Origin: Mobula birostris
Lineage: Eukaryota
Reading direction: 5' to 3'
DNA: 64,000 nt
Assembly: GCF_030028105.1 (NCBI RefSeq)
Contig: NC_092376.1
Span: forward strand, 53,306,935 to 53,370,934
Shown here: positions 24,735 to 37,383 of the stretch, piece by piece
Numbering within the stretch: position 1 is the stretch's first letter
How the letters are laid out: each line of letters opens with the position of its first letter
Program-made: the position numbers and the translations under genes
Notes under the pieces: generated by a model
Told to the model about the DNA's origin: nothing
The model's database searches: none
The model's input: only the letters and a program-made list of their open reading frames with translations

Positions 24735-26624
24735 TTTGTTTCAACACGAAGAAACGCAACGCAGTGGCATAGAAACCCTACTGCCAACTAGCGGTTTGGC
24801 AGTGAATTGCAGAGCGAAACAGACACACCAACGCACAAGTATACATGCTCACAATGCGCGTAAAACACTTGCATAGGTTATGGCATCGCCTTGACGCAGA
24901 AGTATAAATCAGGCTTAACCCGTGACTTCTAGTTTCACCCGTCAGTGGAAAAAGCCTGCTTGCACTTTCCCTACCTATACTTCTCATAATTTTATATATC
25001 TCTATCAAATCTTCCCTCATTTTCCTATGCTCGAGGGAATAAAGTCCAAATTCCCTATAACTCAGGACCTCAAGTCCTGGCAACATCTTTGTAAATTTTC
25101 TCTGCACTCTTTCAATCTTATTGATAGCTTTCCTGTAGGTAGGCCACCAAAACTACACACAATGCTCCAAATTAGGCCTCAACAATGTCTAGCACAACAC
25201 AGAAAATCCCAACTCCTGTACTCAATACTTTAATTCATGAAGGCCAATGTTCTAAAAATTCTTTTTATGACCCATCTACTCGTGACACCACCCTCAATGA
25301 ACCATGTATTTGTATTCCCAGATCACTCTGTTCTACCACACCCTTCAGTGCCTTACCACTCACTCCGTAAGTTTTACCCTGGTTTGTCCTCCCAAAGTGT
25401 AACACCTCACACTTGCCTGCATTAAATTTCATCTGTAATTTTTCAACCTATTTTTCCAGCTAGTCCAGTTCCCACAAGTCTCGATAGCCTTAAATTTCTT
25501 TAATGAAATATAATTAAAAGGCATCACATACTTTGTATCAGAATACCTCCCAATCTTCACATTCTATTTTTCACGAGCAACAATGCTGCTGACAAAAGTC
25601 AAATTTATTCTGTGGCAATAATTTACTGTTTACAATGAGACTTCATTATTTGTTAGTTAAGAACTTTTAGCCAATATAATGTACTACATCCTATAGATGC
25701 AATACATTTAATGATTTAATAAATCCGTAAAACATAGGTTGAATAAATAAAAGTAAACTAGGTAAGATTATTACAATGAAATTGCAGCATCATCTTGGCA
25801 ATATCAATACAAACTTATGCGATGTTTGTTCTTATACAATAATGAAACATTGAATCTCTAATATTTTCCCACCAATAAGGAAGTGACAGAAAATACTGAT
25901 TAATTTCAAATACATAGCCAAACATTGAATGAAAAAACTTACGAGTTTCTGAAAAAGGGATTTTGATTTTGACGAGAGAAATACTGTCACCTGCCCCAGC
26001 CAATGGATTATTTGGTAATCATTATATAAACACAGATACAAACCATAAGGTTCATCCAATTTCACCATTAACAGAAAAATAACGGGATAAGAGATAAACT
26101 ACAGAGGCAAAGTCTTGCTTCTTATGTTGAGGACTGGCCTGCAGCTGGTGTTAGTTCAGCTCATGCAAACTGCAATGTTAACGTCCTGAACAATTAGTAC
26201 AGTATCATCTGATTCAGATCTGAAACAATATTTACAGCTTAAAAATTGTCAGCAATAACTAAATTGACGTTAATTAAAGTAAAAGATTATTTAAAATTTA
26301 TTTTATTTTGTTTTTAAAGAAATAAACATGGATTTATGTTGACAAGCTAAGGAACAGCACTGCAAGGGAACAGAGCATCCTTCACATTTGTAATCCAACA
26401 TAGGTATCAATCATTCCCTGAAGAAATGGGAGCTGGATAGTTAACATTTCCTAACATTAGGCTTTATTCAACCACTATAGTACACCATTGTACGATTTCC
26501 ATTAGAAGATGCATTTGAAACACAGGCTACCAACTATGCACTAAGTTAAATGACACTTATGTGTTGTGGACATATAGATTGAAACTCTAACTGCCATTGA
26601 GCACCAAGTAAAATAAAATGATAC

Positions 26625-26819
26625 CTTATTACACACAACGAGCTGGTCACCCAATTTCTGCAACGAAATAACAAACACATTGCCATCATCCAGAAAATTG
26701 TTCAATTCTTTCCTGTCTCCCAGTGATGAAATGAAAGAATCCGATGGGGCAATGCCAAAATAATTTCCTGCTGTTCTGAGGATGAAACATTTTCTTGTAT
26801 CTTCTAGATTTGCAGACAT
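26625..26819 (-). CDS. DYNC2H1: Cytoplasmic dynein 2 heavy chain 1, first coding exon (195 nt coding; exon extends to acceptor at 26829)
   Basis: MSANLEDTRKCFILRTAGNYFG...LNNFLDDGN...VVCNK resembles the DYNC2H1 N-terminus (recalled human MANGTADVRKLFIFTTTQNYFG...INNFLDDGN); donor AAG|gtatc at 26624; acceptor tttaag|GAAAGACAAC 10 nt before the ATG. Confidence 0.95.
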
Positions 26820-28149
26820 GTTGTCTTTCCTTAAATAGATATTTTAAAAAAATTTTAAGTGCCAAAGTACAAATTTTATTGCTTATAACACAATGCACAG
26901 AAAAATAAAAGATCAACCAGAATGCATACATCCTGAGTTTTCACTCCAACAGAAATACTTCAAAGACATGCTAATTTATTACAACCAGTACTATTCTTAT
27001 GCAAACAGAAATGAATTTCAGAATTGTGAAATGCAGGCCCAAGGTCAACAATAAAAGACCCTTAGAAATTAAACCTCAAGAGATCTTAATCAGTCATATT
27101 CAACAAGTTAGAAATAATATTGTATTCAAGGAACCACTAAATGCAAAAATATTACAATGAAGACCTCACTGCAGTTCTGCAGCATATAATTTATCCATAA
27201 CTAATCTTGAAGGAAATTAAATAATAAAATATCATATAGTAATAAATTTCAATTTCAATTCTTATTATATTTTAGCTGCAGAAGAGGCAAGTCATTTGAC
27301 CCCTCAAACTTGCTCTGTCATTTAGTAAAAGATCATAGCTGATCTTTTACCTCAGCATCATTTTCCTGTAAAAATCAACATGTCTTAATTCCTTTAACAT
27401 CCAAGAATCTATAAATGTTGGTCTGTGTTGCCCTCTGTGTTAAGAAGTTTCTTCTCATCTCAGTACAGAACGGCTGAACCTTTATTTTGAAACTGTGACC
27501 TAAGTCAGGGAGTACAATATCCCTGCATCAATATCACTGTCGAGTCTTGTCATTGTATACTTTGCATATTTCAATGAAATCATCTCCAATCCTTCCAACT
27601 ATGGAATGCAAGCTCAGTCTGCATATTTTCATCGTAGAACAAGCCTTCCCCCTTCATACTCTGAATCAATCTGATGAACTCTCACTACACTGAGATAGTA
27701 TTCTAAGTAGGGAAGACTAGGCCTGCACAAGTAATTAATTTTTTTTTGTTTTTAAATGAATTCCTACTTATATGGAAGTGACACATTTCTCTGCCCCCAC
27801 ACAATGTCAGACCTCCTGGACCATTTGTTTGTTGATGTATAAATTGGATTTGGTCAAAGTCAAAATTTCTGACAATACAGAAGTAGCAGATTTGGTAAAT
27901 AGCAAGGAAACTGAACACTAATACAAGTTAACAAAATGGAGAGAGAAGAGGTTGTTGTTTAATATGGATAACTTATGAGGAAAAATATTCTGGCAAAAAA
28001 AAATGGAAAAATACACCAAAGGGAAAAGCAAAAAAAAAATCATAAGAACAAGATCCCAAGAAATCTAGCTCTAGAAATGGAACCATTGAAATAAGAGCAA
28101 TAACAATAAAAAGTATGTAAATATGTACATATGGTTTGCGAATTTAATC

Positions 28150-30350
28150 AAAAACATATCAACCTCTGCTTTAAATACACCCAATGACCTAGCCTCAATA
28201 GACATTTGTTGCAAAGAATTTTATTGAAAACCACCTTCTGGCTAAAGACATTCCATCTCATCTCTGTTCTAAAGGGCTGTCTTTATCTTTTGGCTGTGCA
28301 CACTCATCCTAGACTCTCCTTCTGCTAGAAACATCCCCTTCATGTCCACTCTATCCAGGCCTTTCAATATTCAGTAAGTTTCAGTGAGATACCCCTCATT
28401 TTCCTTAGCCCCAGAGCCAACAAACTCTCCTCAGATGTTAATCCTTTAATCCTCAGGATCATTCTCGTATACCTCTTCTGGCCCCTCCCCAATACCAGCA
28501 TATCCTTTCTTAGATATGAAGCCCAAAACTGCACACAGTATTCCAGTTGTGGTCTGATGGACGGCTTATAAAGCCACATCATTACATTACTTTTATATTC
28601 AAATCCTCTTGAAATGAATGCAAGCATTGCATTTGCCTTCCTTACCACTGACTCAGCTTGCAAGTTAACCTTTAGGGAATCGTGCACCGGGACTCTCAAG
28701 TTCCTTTGCACCTATGATTTCTGAATTTTATCTCTCCATTTAGAAAATAGTCTACTCCTTTATCCCTTCTACCAAAGTGTATGACCATACACCTCCCTAA
28801 ACTGTATTACCTCTCTGCCTATTTAACCAATCTAACCAAGTCCTTTTTCAGACCCCCAATTCCTCAATGCAACCTGCCCCTCTGACTGACTTAGTATCAT
28901 CTGCAAACTTTCCCACAAAGCTATGAATTCCATCATCCAGATCATTAATATGTACTTGAAAAGTAGCAGGTCTAACACTGAACCCAGCAGAAAACCATCA
29001 GACACCAGCAGCCAAGGAGAAAAGGCCCCCTTTATTCCCACTCTTTGCCTTCTGCCAGTCAGCCAATTCTTTATCCATGCTAGTACCTATCCTGTAATAA
29101 CAAGGGCTCTTTCTTGTTGAATGTGGAGCCCTTGGTATTGCATGTGTCTCATGTACAGCATCTTGCCAAAGGCCTTCTGAAAATCCAAACAAACATCCAT
29201 TAACACTCCATTGTCTACGCTGGTCCTTATAATTCTACAAAAAGTATTGGATACTGCCCAGTCCATCACAGGTAAAGCCCTTCCCACCACTGAGCACATC
29301 TACACAAAGTGCTGTCGCAGCAAAGCAGCAGCTATCATCAGGGACCCCTCACAGTCCAGGTCATTCTCCCTTTTCACTGCTGCCATCGAGAAGGAGGTAC
29401 AGGAGCCTTAGGACTCACACTACCAGATCCAGGAACAGTTATTACTGCTCAACCATCAGGCTCTAGAACCAGTGTGGGTAACTTCATTCAGCTTCACTTG
29501 CCACATCATTGAAATATTCCTAGAACCTATGGACTTACTTTCAAGGACTCTTCATTTCATGTTCTCAATGGTTATTGCTTATTTATTTATCATTATTTTT
29601 TCTTTCTTTTTGTATTTGCAGTCTGTTGTCTTTTGCACACTGATTGAATGCCAAGTTGGTGCAATCTCTCATTGATTCTATTATGCTTATTATTCTATTA
29701 TAGATTTATTGAGAATGCCACAAGAAAATGAATCTCAGGGTTGTATGTGGTGACATATATATACTTAAGTAATAAATTTACTTTGAACTTTGAATTGTCT
29801 AGTAAAATCTCCCCTTAAAAAATCCATGCTAACTTCAGCTCACTACATCATGTGCTTCCAAAAAACTTAAATTCTTATCCTTAGTAATGAACCCTAAAAC
29901 CCTAACAACCACTGAAGTCAGACTAACGGGCCTATAATTTCCTGTCTTTTATCCCCTCCTTTCTTAAAGAGTAGAATGACATAGCGACTTTCCAGTGCAC
30001 TGCGACCATTCCCAACTCTAGTAATTCTTGATAAATCACTATTAATGGCTCCTAAATTTCGAGCTTCCTCTTTCAGAATCCTGGAGTATAGTTCATCTAA
30101 TCCAACTGAGTTATCCATCTTCAACCCTTTCAGTTTCCCAAGTACATTCTCTTTAATAATAGTGACTACGCTCATTTCTGCAACCACGCCCCCCCACACC
30201 ATGACTCGAATTTCTGGCATTTTGCTGGTGTCTCCCACAGAAAAGCAAAATACTCAATCAGTTTGTTTGCCATTTCTTTGTTCCCCATTGCTACAACACC
30301 AGTGCCATTTTACAGTGGTCCAATGTCCACTCTTGCCTCTCTTCTACTCT
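28150..30350 (-). mobile_element. CR1 LINE fragments with a nested Rex 3' end (~29230-29790)
   Basis: RPQLEYCVQFWASYLRKD, DFQKAFGK, LKGLKMDNSVGLDELYSRILKE. Confidence 0.75.
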
Positions 30351-30611
30351 TCCATTTCAATTTTTTACTAATTTCTCTGTGCAAGATGCTGAAGTTTGTA
30401 CCACTGTGTTGCAATAATGCAGTGTGAATACTTCAGTCTGAGAGGCAGAAGCTAAAGTCAGATATATTGGTATCACAGTTGAGTAAAGTTAAACCACATA
30501 TGCATGAGGGAGGAGCTGACCAATGTTAATTGGAAGAGGACCCTAGCACGGACGACAGCATCTTGTCATAGTACATTGCAGATTCAAAGTCATACAGCAT
30601 GGATGTTGACC

Positions 30612-33140
30612 TGTAGGAACCATATCTATTTTCTGTCTGTATTGCTTTTTGTGTTCATGTTTATTATGGGTAACTTGTCACATGGGTTGGAGTATGGTAG
30701 AAGCAAATGAGTATAGTTACATATTCACGCGTTTGTCAGTTAAATTTAGTTGAGAGGGAGTGAGCCAGGGCTGCTATCTTTTTGTTGACCACTAATTAAG
30801 TTTAGTTACACTTAATTATATTAATTTGAACACTTAGTTATGCTTATTTCACTACATTATTAATTTAGTTTCGTTAGTTTTTTAATCGTTAAAATATTGC
30901 TCATCTTTGCTGGTTTCATAATAAAGGATTGAACATACTTTTTTTCAAATTGGAACTCAGTGTCATATAGCATCACCTCCCATACTCAGTCTGAGTTTTC
31001 AAGTAACCACTATATTTCATCAACAAAAAAAATTATACTAAACAAACGAACACCAATCTACAGTAAAGGATTGCCTCAGACCTGTTGGGAAAACTGGATC
31101 AGTTTGCTGATTCATACTGTAAATTTGTGGTTTGAAGAGTCTTGAATGGTCAGCGCTGCCTGTCCATTGTGGACCATTGCTTGAATGCATGGTGTTTGCC
31201 TGAGGGTTCATCACTTTATTTTGTTGAAACATTGTCCTGCTTGCCAACACTTGAAATGAATGCTGTTTGTTTGGTCTGGTCTAAGCACTGTGGATTCATT
31301 GAACAGAATATCGCCAGTGAATGTGCTGCAGGGAACAATGAGTTAATTGCAAGCGGTGCAATAAGGACAGAGTAACATGAGTGAATTGAAGCAACGAATT
31401 AACATCAGCGACTCTGATGTTGGGGCTAGAAAAAAAGAAATTAAACTTGCTGTAAAAGCTTTAGCTGGTAGAATTGAAAGTCTTCAAAATAAGTATAAAA
31501 CAAATGTGAACAAAATTAAAGATTTAATACCATCAATTGAGGATTTTATCGAAAATAAGAAAACTATCTTACAAGTGCAATCTTGTCTTGAGGACATGAC
31601 TAATCTCTGTGAAGCTGTTGCTAAGCAACATCAAACGCTGTCTTCATTACTTCCAAAGGATAAATAGAGAAAACAGAAGGAATCTTTTACAAACATTGAT
31701 AGCTATAGTAGTGCACTTACAGGATGTGAAACAATGGTTGACTCAAACATGTTACATTGAAGGTCATGTTGCTGCAACAAATGAATATGCGTCTCACCTT
31801 TCAGCAGATGATGATTCTCAAATTCCAAGGCATGGCTTGACTACGCATATAGCAGGTGACCCACTGGATGACGTAAAACAAAAAGACAGTGCATCAAATA
31901 TCAGGGCTCAAAGTTCTGCTGCAGGAAGAAAATCTTCTGTATCTACTACATCCTCTGTAAAATAGAGGCTGATTTTGCAGCATTAATGGCACGTCAACTA
32001 TTACTGAAGGACAAATGTGCTCTAGAGGAGCGAGAGGAACAATTAATTGCTATGGAGCAATAGAAAAGGAAGGAACAGCTTAAGTTAGAGGGAAAAATAG
32101 CTGCACATATGGCTAAAGTTGATATGCTAAGGGCATCAATTGTGGCAAGTGCTAAAAGTTCTCCAACCAGACAGTCCTATGGTGTGAGTTCCTATATTGA
32201 AAAGTCACAGAGAAAAACAAAAACACGCAATGTTAATGTTGATTCATTTGTTCCTCAAGTGTCTGTGAAATATGAACAAGACTCCCAAGAGGTAGTTTAG
32301 GGGGCTACTCTCAGCCTGCACTAATGAGGCACTCTGAACCTATGTCATATCCAACAGCTCAAAGGGCTCTTGGGGACATTCACTTACAACATGGAGACAC
32401 TCTTGTTTCATACAGTAGAAGTCAAATCCATATTAATGATATTATTAAGAAGCAAAATGTTAAAATGTTATAGCACAAAATAACTTATTTAATCTTGGTC
32501 TAAGAGAAATTCAAGTTTTCAATAGCGATCTATTACAGTACCATGCATTCTGGAAGGCTTTTGAAAATAGTGTTGAAGGCAAGACTGAGAGCTATAGTGA
32601 CTGCCTCGATTACCTTGAATTAGGGGTTGCCCTAGCAAACTTGTCAGAAGCAGCCAGCACGTCAACTCTAAGAAAGGATATGTAAAAGCTAAGGCTTTAC
32701 TACAGGAACATTTTGGTTTGAACAGAAAATTGCCTACATGCAAAACGCTCTTTCTTGGGTACCTATCAAATCTGAAGACATGAAAGTTCTTCAAGACTAC
32801 AGTCTTTGGCTTAGAAGCTGTTGCATTGCAATGGAAGAAGTGCAGTACATGTGTGAGCTGGACATGACTGCCAATATGTCCATTGCCATAAAGAAATTGC
32901 CCTATTTGCTCAAGGATAAAGGAAGAACAGTGGTCTGTGAACTACAAGAAAGGCAAGGCCTTGAAAACTGTTACATGACGAGTGAAGAAGAAAAAGTATA
33001 TTTGCATAAATGCTAAGATGTTTATCATTGAAGATTTCATGTCTCCTATTTTAGTAGATACGTAGTTCCGATTATTACACTGTAATAATTAGGGGCTGGG
33101 AGGTATTTTCTGTCTGTCAATATTGTATTTTGTGTTGCAC
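30612..33140 (+). mobile_element. BEL/Pao LTR retrotransposon, decayed gag with pol deleted
   Basis: DDVKQKDSASN, KAFENSVE, KAKALLQEHFG, LQDYSLWLRSC, KKLPY; purine tract aggggctgggag followed by an LTR-start repeat tattttctgtctgt; absent from duplicate unit 2. Confidence 0.75.
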
Positions 33141-34689
33141 CCTTATTCCTGGTCTAATTTATCTTTTTCCGTAACTACTTACGACACTACTTCCGTAGAG
33201 ACTCATTCCACCGAGATGCAGCACAGAACGTCACAGGAAGTCATTCCTGCCTGTGGCCATCAAACTTTACGACTCCTCCCTCGGAGGGTCAGACACCCTG
33301 AGCCAATAGGCTGGACCTGGACTTATTTCATAATTTACTGGCATAATTTACATATTACTATTTAACTAGTTATTGTTCTATTACTATTTATTATTTATGG
33401 TGCAACTGTAACGAAAACCAATTTCCCCCAGGATCAATAAAGTATGAATATGAAATATATGGAGTTATGGTCACCATCTCCGTAATGCTCCCCCAAGACA
33501 ATCCCTTCAACTGACCTACTACATTCCCCCAAGACGGGGTCCAGTAATGTTCCATCCCTCATCGGTCTATCTACATGCAACTTCAAAAAATCTCTCCTGG
33601 AATTCACTTCCAAATCCCACTCTTTTATGCCAAGGCACTCACAGTTAGTACGAAGATTTTAATTTCTCAAATACTATATAACAATTTTAATCATATTTCT
33701 CTGTCTGTTCCTCACGTACCTGCTATGTATTAGCAACTCTGGTCAAAATTATTTTTATTTTTCATGTTGTATACTCTTTGGAAATATATATCCAGCTCTA
33801 AGCTCCCTCTGCTCCTAAGCATTTTCCAATGCCATTTCATTTCAACGTCACACAGAAATACATGTCCTGGCGCATCTCCAAGTTAAAGCTTTGCACGAAT
33901 TAAACTCTGCGTGCACACCTAAGACAAGTACTTGCAACAAAAAGTAGGATTGGTTGGACAAGTGCAAGAATAGACTGTAGCATCAGCAAAGTGTCGAAAT
34001 AGGCAAAAATATTCCTTCCTTGACCCACAGCGTTGTTTCCAGTAAAAAGAAAACGCGGATGGAATGGATCGATAGACAATACTGAGAAACATATTGTGAA
34101 AGATTAAAAAGCAATAAAATGCACAATTCTGAAAAGATACAAGGACCTCTGCAAGGATACAAAAACAAGAAAGTTATAATGAATGCTATACGACCCGGGA
34201 ATTGCATCAATACTGGGCACCACAGCTTAAACAAAACGATTTTAAAAGGACACAGAAGAGATTTACTAAATCGGTTTCAAGGACGGGGGGCGGGGGGTGG
34301 ATTTGTAGAAACACTGAACCAGTTCACCTTGGATCCGAAAAAGTTATGAGAGGGTCCAAAAGACTACTGATAAACAATGCAAAGTTTTGACAGACCAGAT
34401 CAATATAAAAGTTTCTCATTGGCAGAAGGGTCAAAATCTGGAAACATTGAATTAAAATGAAGGCAAAAGAACCACAAGTGTCAAGAGAAAAATTTTTTCT
34501 CTACATACAGCAAGTGCTCGTACAACGAAAGATTCAATCAAAATGTTCAAATCCGAAAGAAAAGTAGGACTATAGATATGGGCCACAGACCAGATTTTTC
34601 TTGCGTAAAACAGTTGAATCCATCCATGCTATAACTTTTCTGTGATTTAATTTAACATTATACTACTGAAAGGGACTGTAAAATATCCG

Positions 34690-36210
34690 GCATTAAAGCA
34701 CGTGAAGCGGATTCGCCTCCACTGAAGTTAACACAACAGCCCGTCACTAATCCCGGGAGAAAGGACCCCGTTGGATCGCTGAGCACAGTGGGTGAAGCTC
34801 CTTGAGCTCAGTGCTAACCTACCCCGCCGTTTCCATGACGTTCTGCGTCTCCACGGGGCAAATCTCCGCACTACCGCGTTATGGGTGGTAACTAACTCCA
34901 CAGCTCACCGAACTGGGAGGCAGGAGCTGGCGGGCCGGGCGATCAGCTCAAGCCCGCCCGGTTGGCAACAAACAGCGTCCACAGTTACCCCACACGGCAA
35001 CGGCCCAGCAGAGCGGAAGTGACGCATCGCCGAGAAAGGGAACGTCATTGCGCCGCGGTAAACTACGCGCTCTGTTGTCAGCGGCCGCGAGGGGAGTCGG
35101 CGACGGCGCTGCCCTCCCCTCCCCTCCCCGGCGAGCGAGATAAGGGACCGCGGGGCGCGATACGTGGTAACTACTCGCAGTCGCTCTGACGGGAGTGCTG
35201 CAGCCGTTGGTCAGCGCGTGTGGTGACGGTCAGATGTACAGAATAATATTGCTCTGGGCTCCAACTCCGCTCCTGTGGCGAAACCTGCGCTTGGCGGTGG
35301 CATCCCAGATGGGGAAATGTCTTCCCCTTGGGCAGTGATTTGTTTGCAGGGGGGTGACAATTACCAGCGGCCGCTCTCTGCTGCCGTGGGTTATTTCAGT
35401 CTACAGGGTCAATGCAGCCTATGTCAGGCCTGCCACTCAATGCGCTTGTCTCAGCAGCGCCCCGGTTGCAACCCTCGCTCCCCCTACAGTGCGCGCTGTC
35501 GGGCAGTGGCTGCGCCGACCTTGTCCCTCAGCCCCGGAAGTGATCGCAGTGTCGTTGTTGGAGTCGCCGAGACCGAACTGTAGAGGCAACGCGGGGAGCG
35601 GATAAACGCCGCGTGTTCCCGGCTGCCCGGAGCGGCGGGGTGACAGGTGCAGCCGCGATCTCACCGTCCGACCCACCGTTTGGCTGTCGCCCGCTATCCT
35701 TCCGTCGGCTGTTTTCCATGATTCCGGCCCGGATGTCCCCTCTGGGCTGATGAGTTAGTCGATGCTTCCCCCGAGGCGGCGGGTCGGGTTCTGACAGCAG
35801 AGCGTCTGGTTCGGAGCCTCGTCATGTCCTCTCACTGCCCGGCCCGGGCCAGCCCAGCCCGCCCTCTCACTCGGTGGTCTGCTCCGGGAGCCTATTGAGT
35901 GTTGGTTATGGGGGAGGGGTGTATCCGCTGCGCGATGGGATCACGTAGCGAAAAGGCGATTTCTTTGTCAGACCCGGCCCCAAACGCCCGAAACCCACTC
36001 CTTTCTTGTCCAGTATTAGAGTGGCCCGGTGGCTACTCGGAAGTTCGTGTCGGGGGTCGGTTATGTTGCCCAGTAACTACTGGAGCTTTAAGTCTTCAGT
36101 TAGACATCCTGGAAGCGATGCAGAGCGAAATCTTATTGGAACTTTGTTTTCCGATCTGAATCTAGGTCATGCACTCATTCAGGATGGCCGCCGAATGTGA
36201 AATAATTTAT
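34690..36210. promoter_or_regulatory. CpG-island, apparently bidirectional promoter, copy 1
   Basis: Abrupt GC/CpG-rich block; ETS-CRE composite CGGAAGTGACGCA at 35014-35026; second CCGGAAGTG near 35534; RFX X-box-like half sites GGCAAC/GTTACC at 34961-35001. Confidence 0.8.
34909..35000 (-). other. DYNC2H1: Probable non-coding first exon of DYNC2H1 (5' end uncertain)
   Basis: Minus-strand donor TCG|GTGAGC at 34908 inside the nearest CpG island; the ATG exon has its own acceptor, so an upstream exon is required. Confidence 0.6.
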
Positions 36211-36740
36211 CCTAAAACAACTTCCATTCTCAATCACACGGTAATTGTGAGGCATTGGAGTGGATACAGCTTGTCAAAGCTCCGTTCAGGCGGCAGCTCC
36301 TGGTGGGATCTAGTGCCTTCACTTCACCAATTACAAATTGTGCAGTTAATCGCTAAGCGTTTATCATAAGATTTAGTATTCTGGATATTGCTGGCGAAGC
36401 TTTCAGGGAATTTAATTTCTTGTCGAATTCAACCATTTTATTCGTGGCGTAGATAGTTTATATATGTAACAATATTAGTCGAAGAGTCCATGAGTTATCA
36501 TTTCAAAGGCAGTCAAATTAACCAGAGTCTTTTTTTAAACTAGTGTCATTTCCCTTCTGTCCTCTTTCTGCTTCTGCGCTCACGATTTGCTCTGCTGCAT
36601 TCGAAACGAAAACGTAACTAGGCCGGAGGTTATATAATGCATCTCTTATATCATTACATGCAGATGTTGTTAAATATTACAGGTGAGAATTTGTACACAA
36701 ATAACCGTGTTTAACGCCATTTCATTGTAATGTTTTCTAG

Positions 36741-36793
36741 TGAGACTGACTCATACTGGCAGACTATTAGATATCTCGCCATTCAATTGACCG
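36741..36793 (+). other. Small internal exon of the plus-strand transcript, copy 1 (53 nt)
   Basis: ttttctag|TGAGACTGACTCATAC...GACCG|gtaagt; both splice sites conserved in all three diverged copies. Confidence 0.7.
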
Positions 36794-37029
36794 GTAAGTG
36801 TTGGATTTGTGGTTAATTGGGCCACCGGTTAATCGGGGATCCGCTTATTTGGGACAATTCTAAAAGAACGAAAACTTATCGGAAAAATGGCTGGGATTTC
36901 CGTTGTTTATTTGGGGACTATGCCAGTAAATTCGGAGAGGAGACTAGTTTCTAACTAGCGTCAGTAGTGTGCAAGGGTGGATGTTAGACACTACACCGCG
37001 ACAGAGCAAACAGCTTTTTTTTTAAATAG

Positions 37030-37245
37030 AAACACTAGAAAATATACAGATGCTGGAAATCCAAAGGATCACACACAAAATGGTGGAGGAACTCAGCCAG
37101 CATGGCAGTCTCCATAGAGAAGAGTAAACGGTCGACATTTGGGGCCAAGACCTATCCTGATGAAGGGTCTCCTCCTGAAGCCTCGACTGTTTACTATTTT
37201 TTTCATCAGTGCTGCCTAGCCTGCTGAGTTCCTCCAGCGTTTTGA
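37030..37245. mobile_element. Palindromic Penelope-terminal-repeat-derived element in the Tigger 5' region (copy 1 only)
   Basis: caaaatggtggaggaactcagc...gctgagttcctccagcgttttg; same family as 7045-7140, 47925-48030 and 58885-59045. Confidence 0.7.
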
Positions 37246-37383
37246 GTTTTTAAATGGCTTCAATTGTATGGCCTGGCATTATGTTATCTATGTGGACTGA
37301 CAGACGTTGATTCAAAAACAGTGATTTTTTTTTTGATCATTTTGTTTGTTTAATGTCTAAAAAAATTTCAGACCCTTGCCAAG

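Larger units (their letters stand above)
21774..24915. mobile_element. PIF/Harbinger DNA transposon with both termini
   Basis: TIR AGCCTGATTTATACTTCTG / CAGAAGTATAAATCAGGCT, TAA TSD on both sides; two convergent genes; interrupts a CR1. Confidence 0.95.
21500..25480 (-). mobile_element. CR1 3' end split by the Harbinger element
   Basis: FFTQRVVRVWNELPAEVV on the left and QRKFTKMLPGLE...EDLIEIYKIM on the right; sequence is continuous across the TAA. Confidence 0.8.

Noticed and set aside
35275-35583. 102-aa ORF repeated identically in the three CpG islands (also 48084-48455, 59760-60068)
   Set aside because: GTG start in copies 1 and 3, no recognisable domain, and all frames are equally conserved because the DNA is identical; expected in GC-rich sequence
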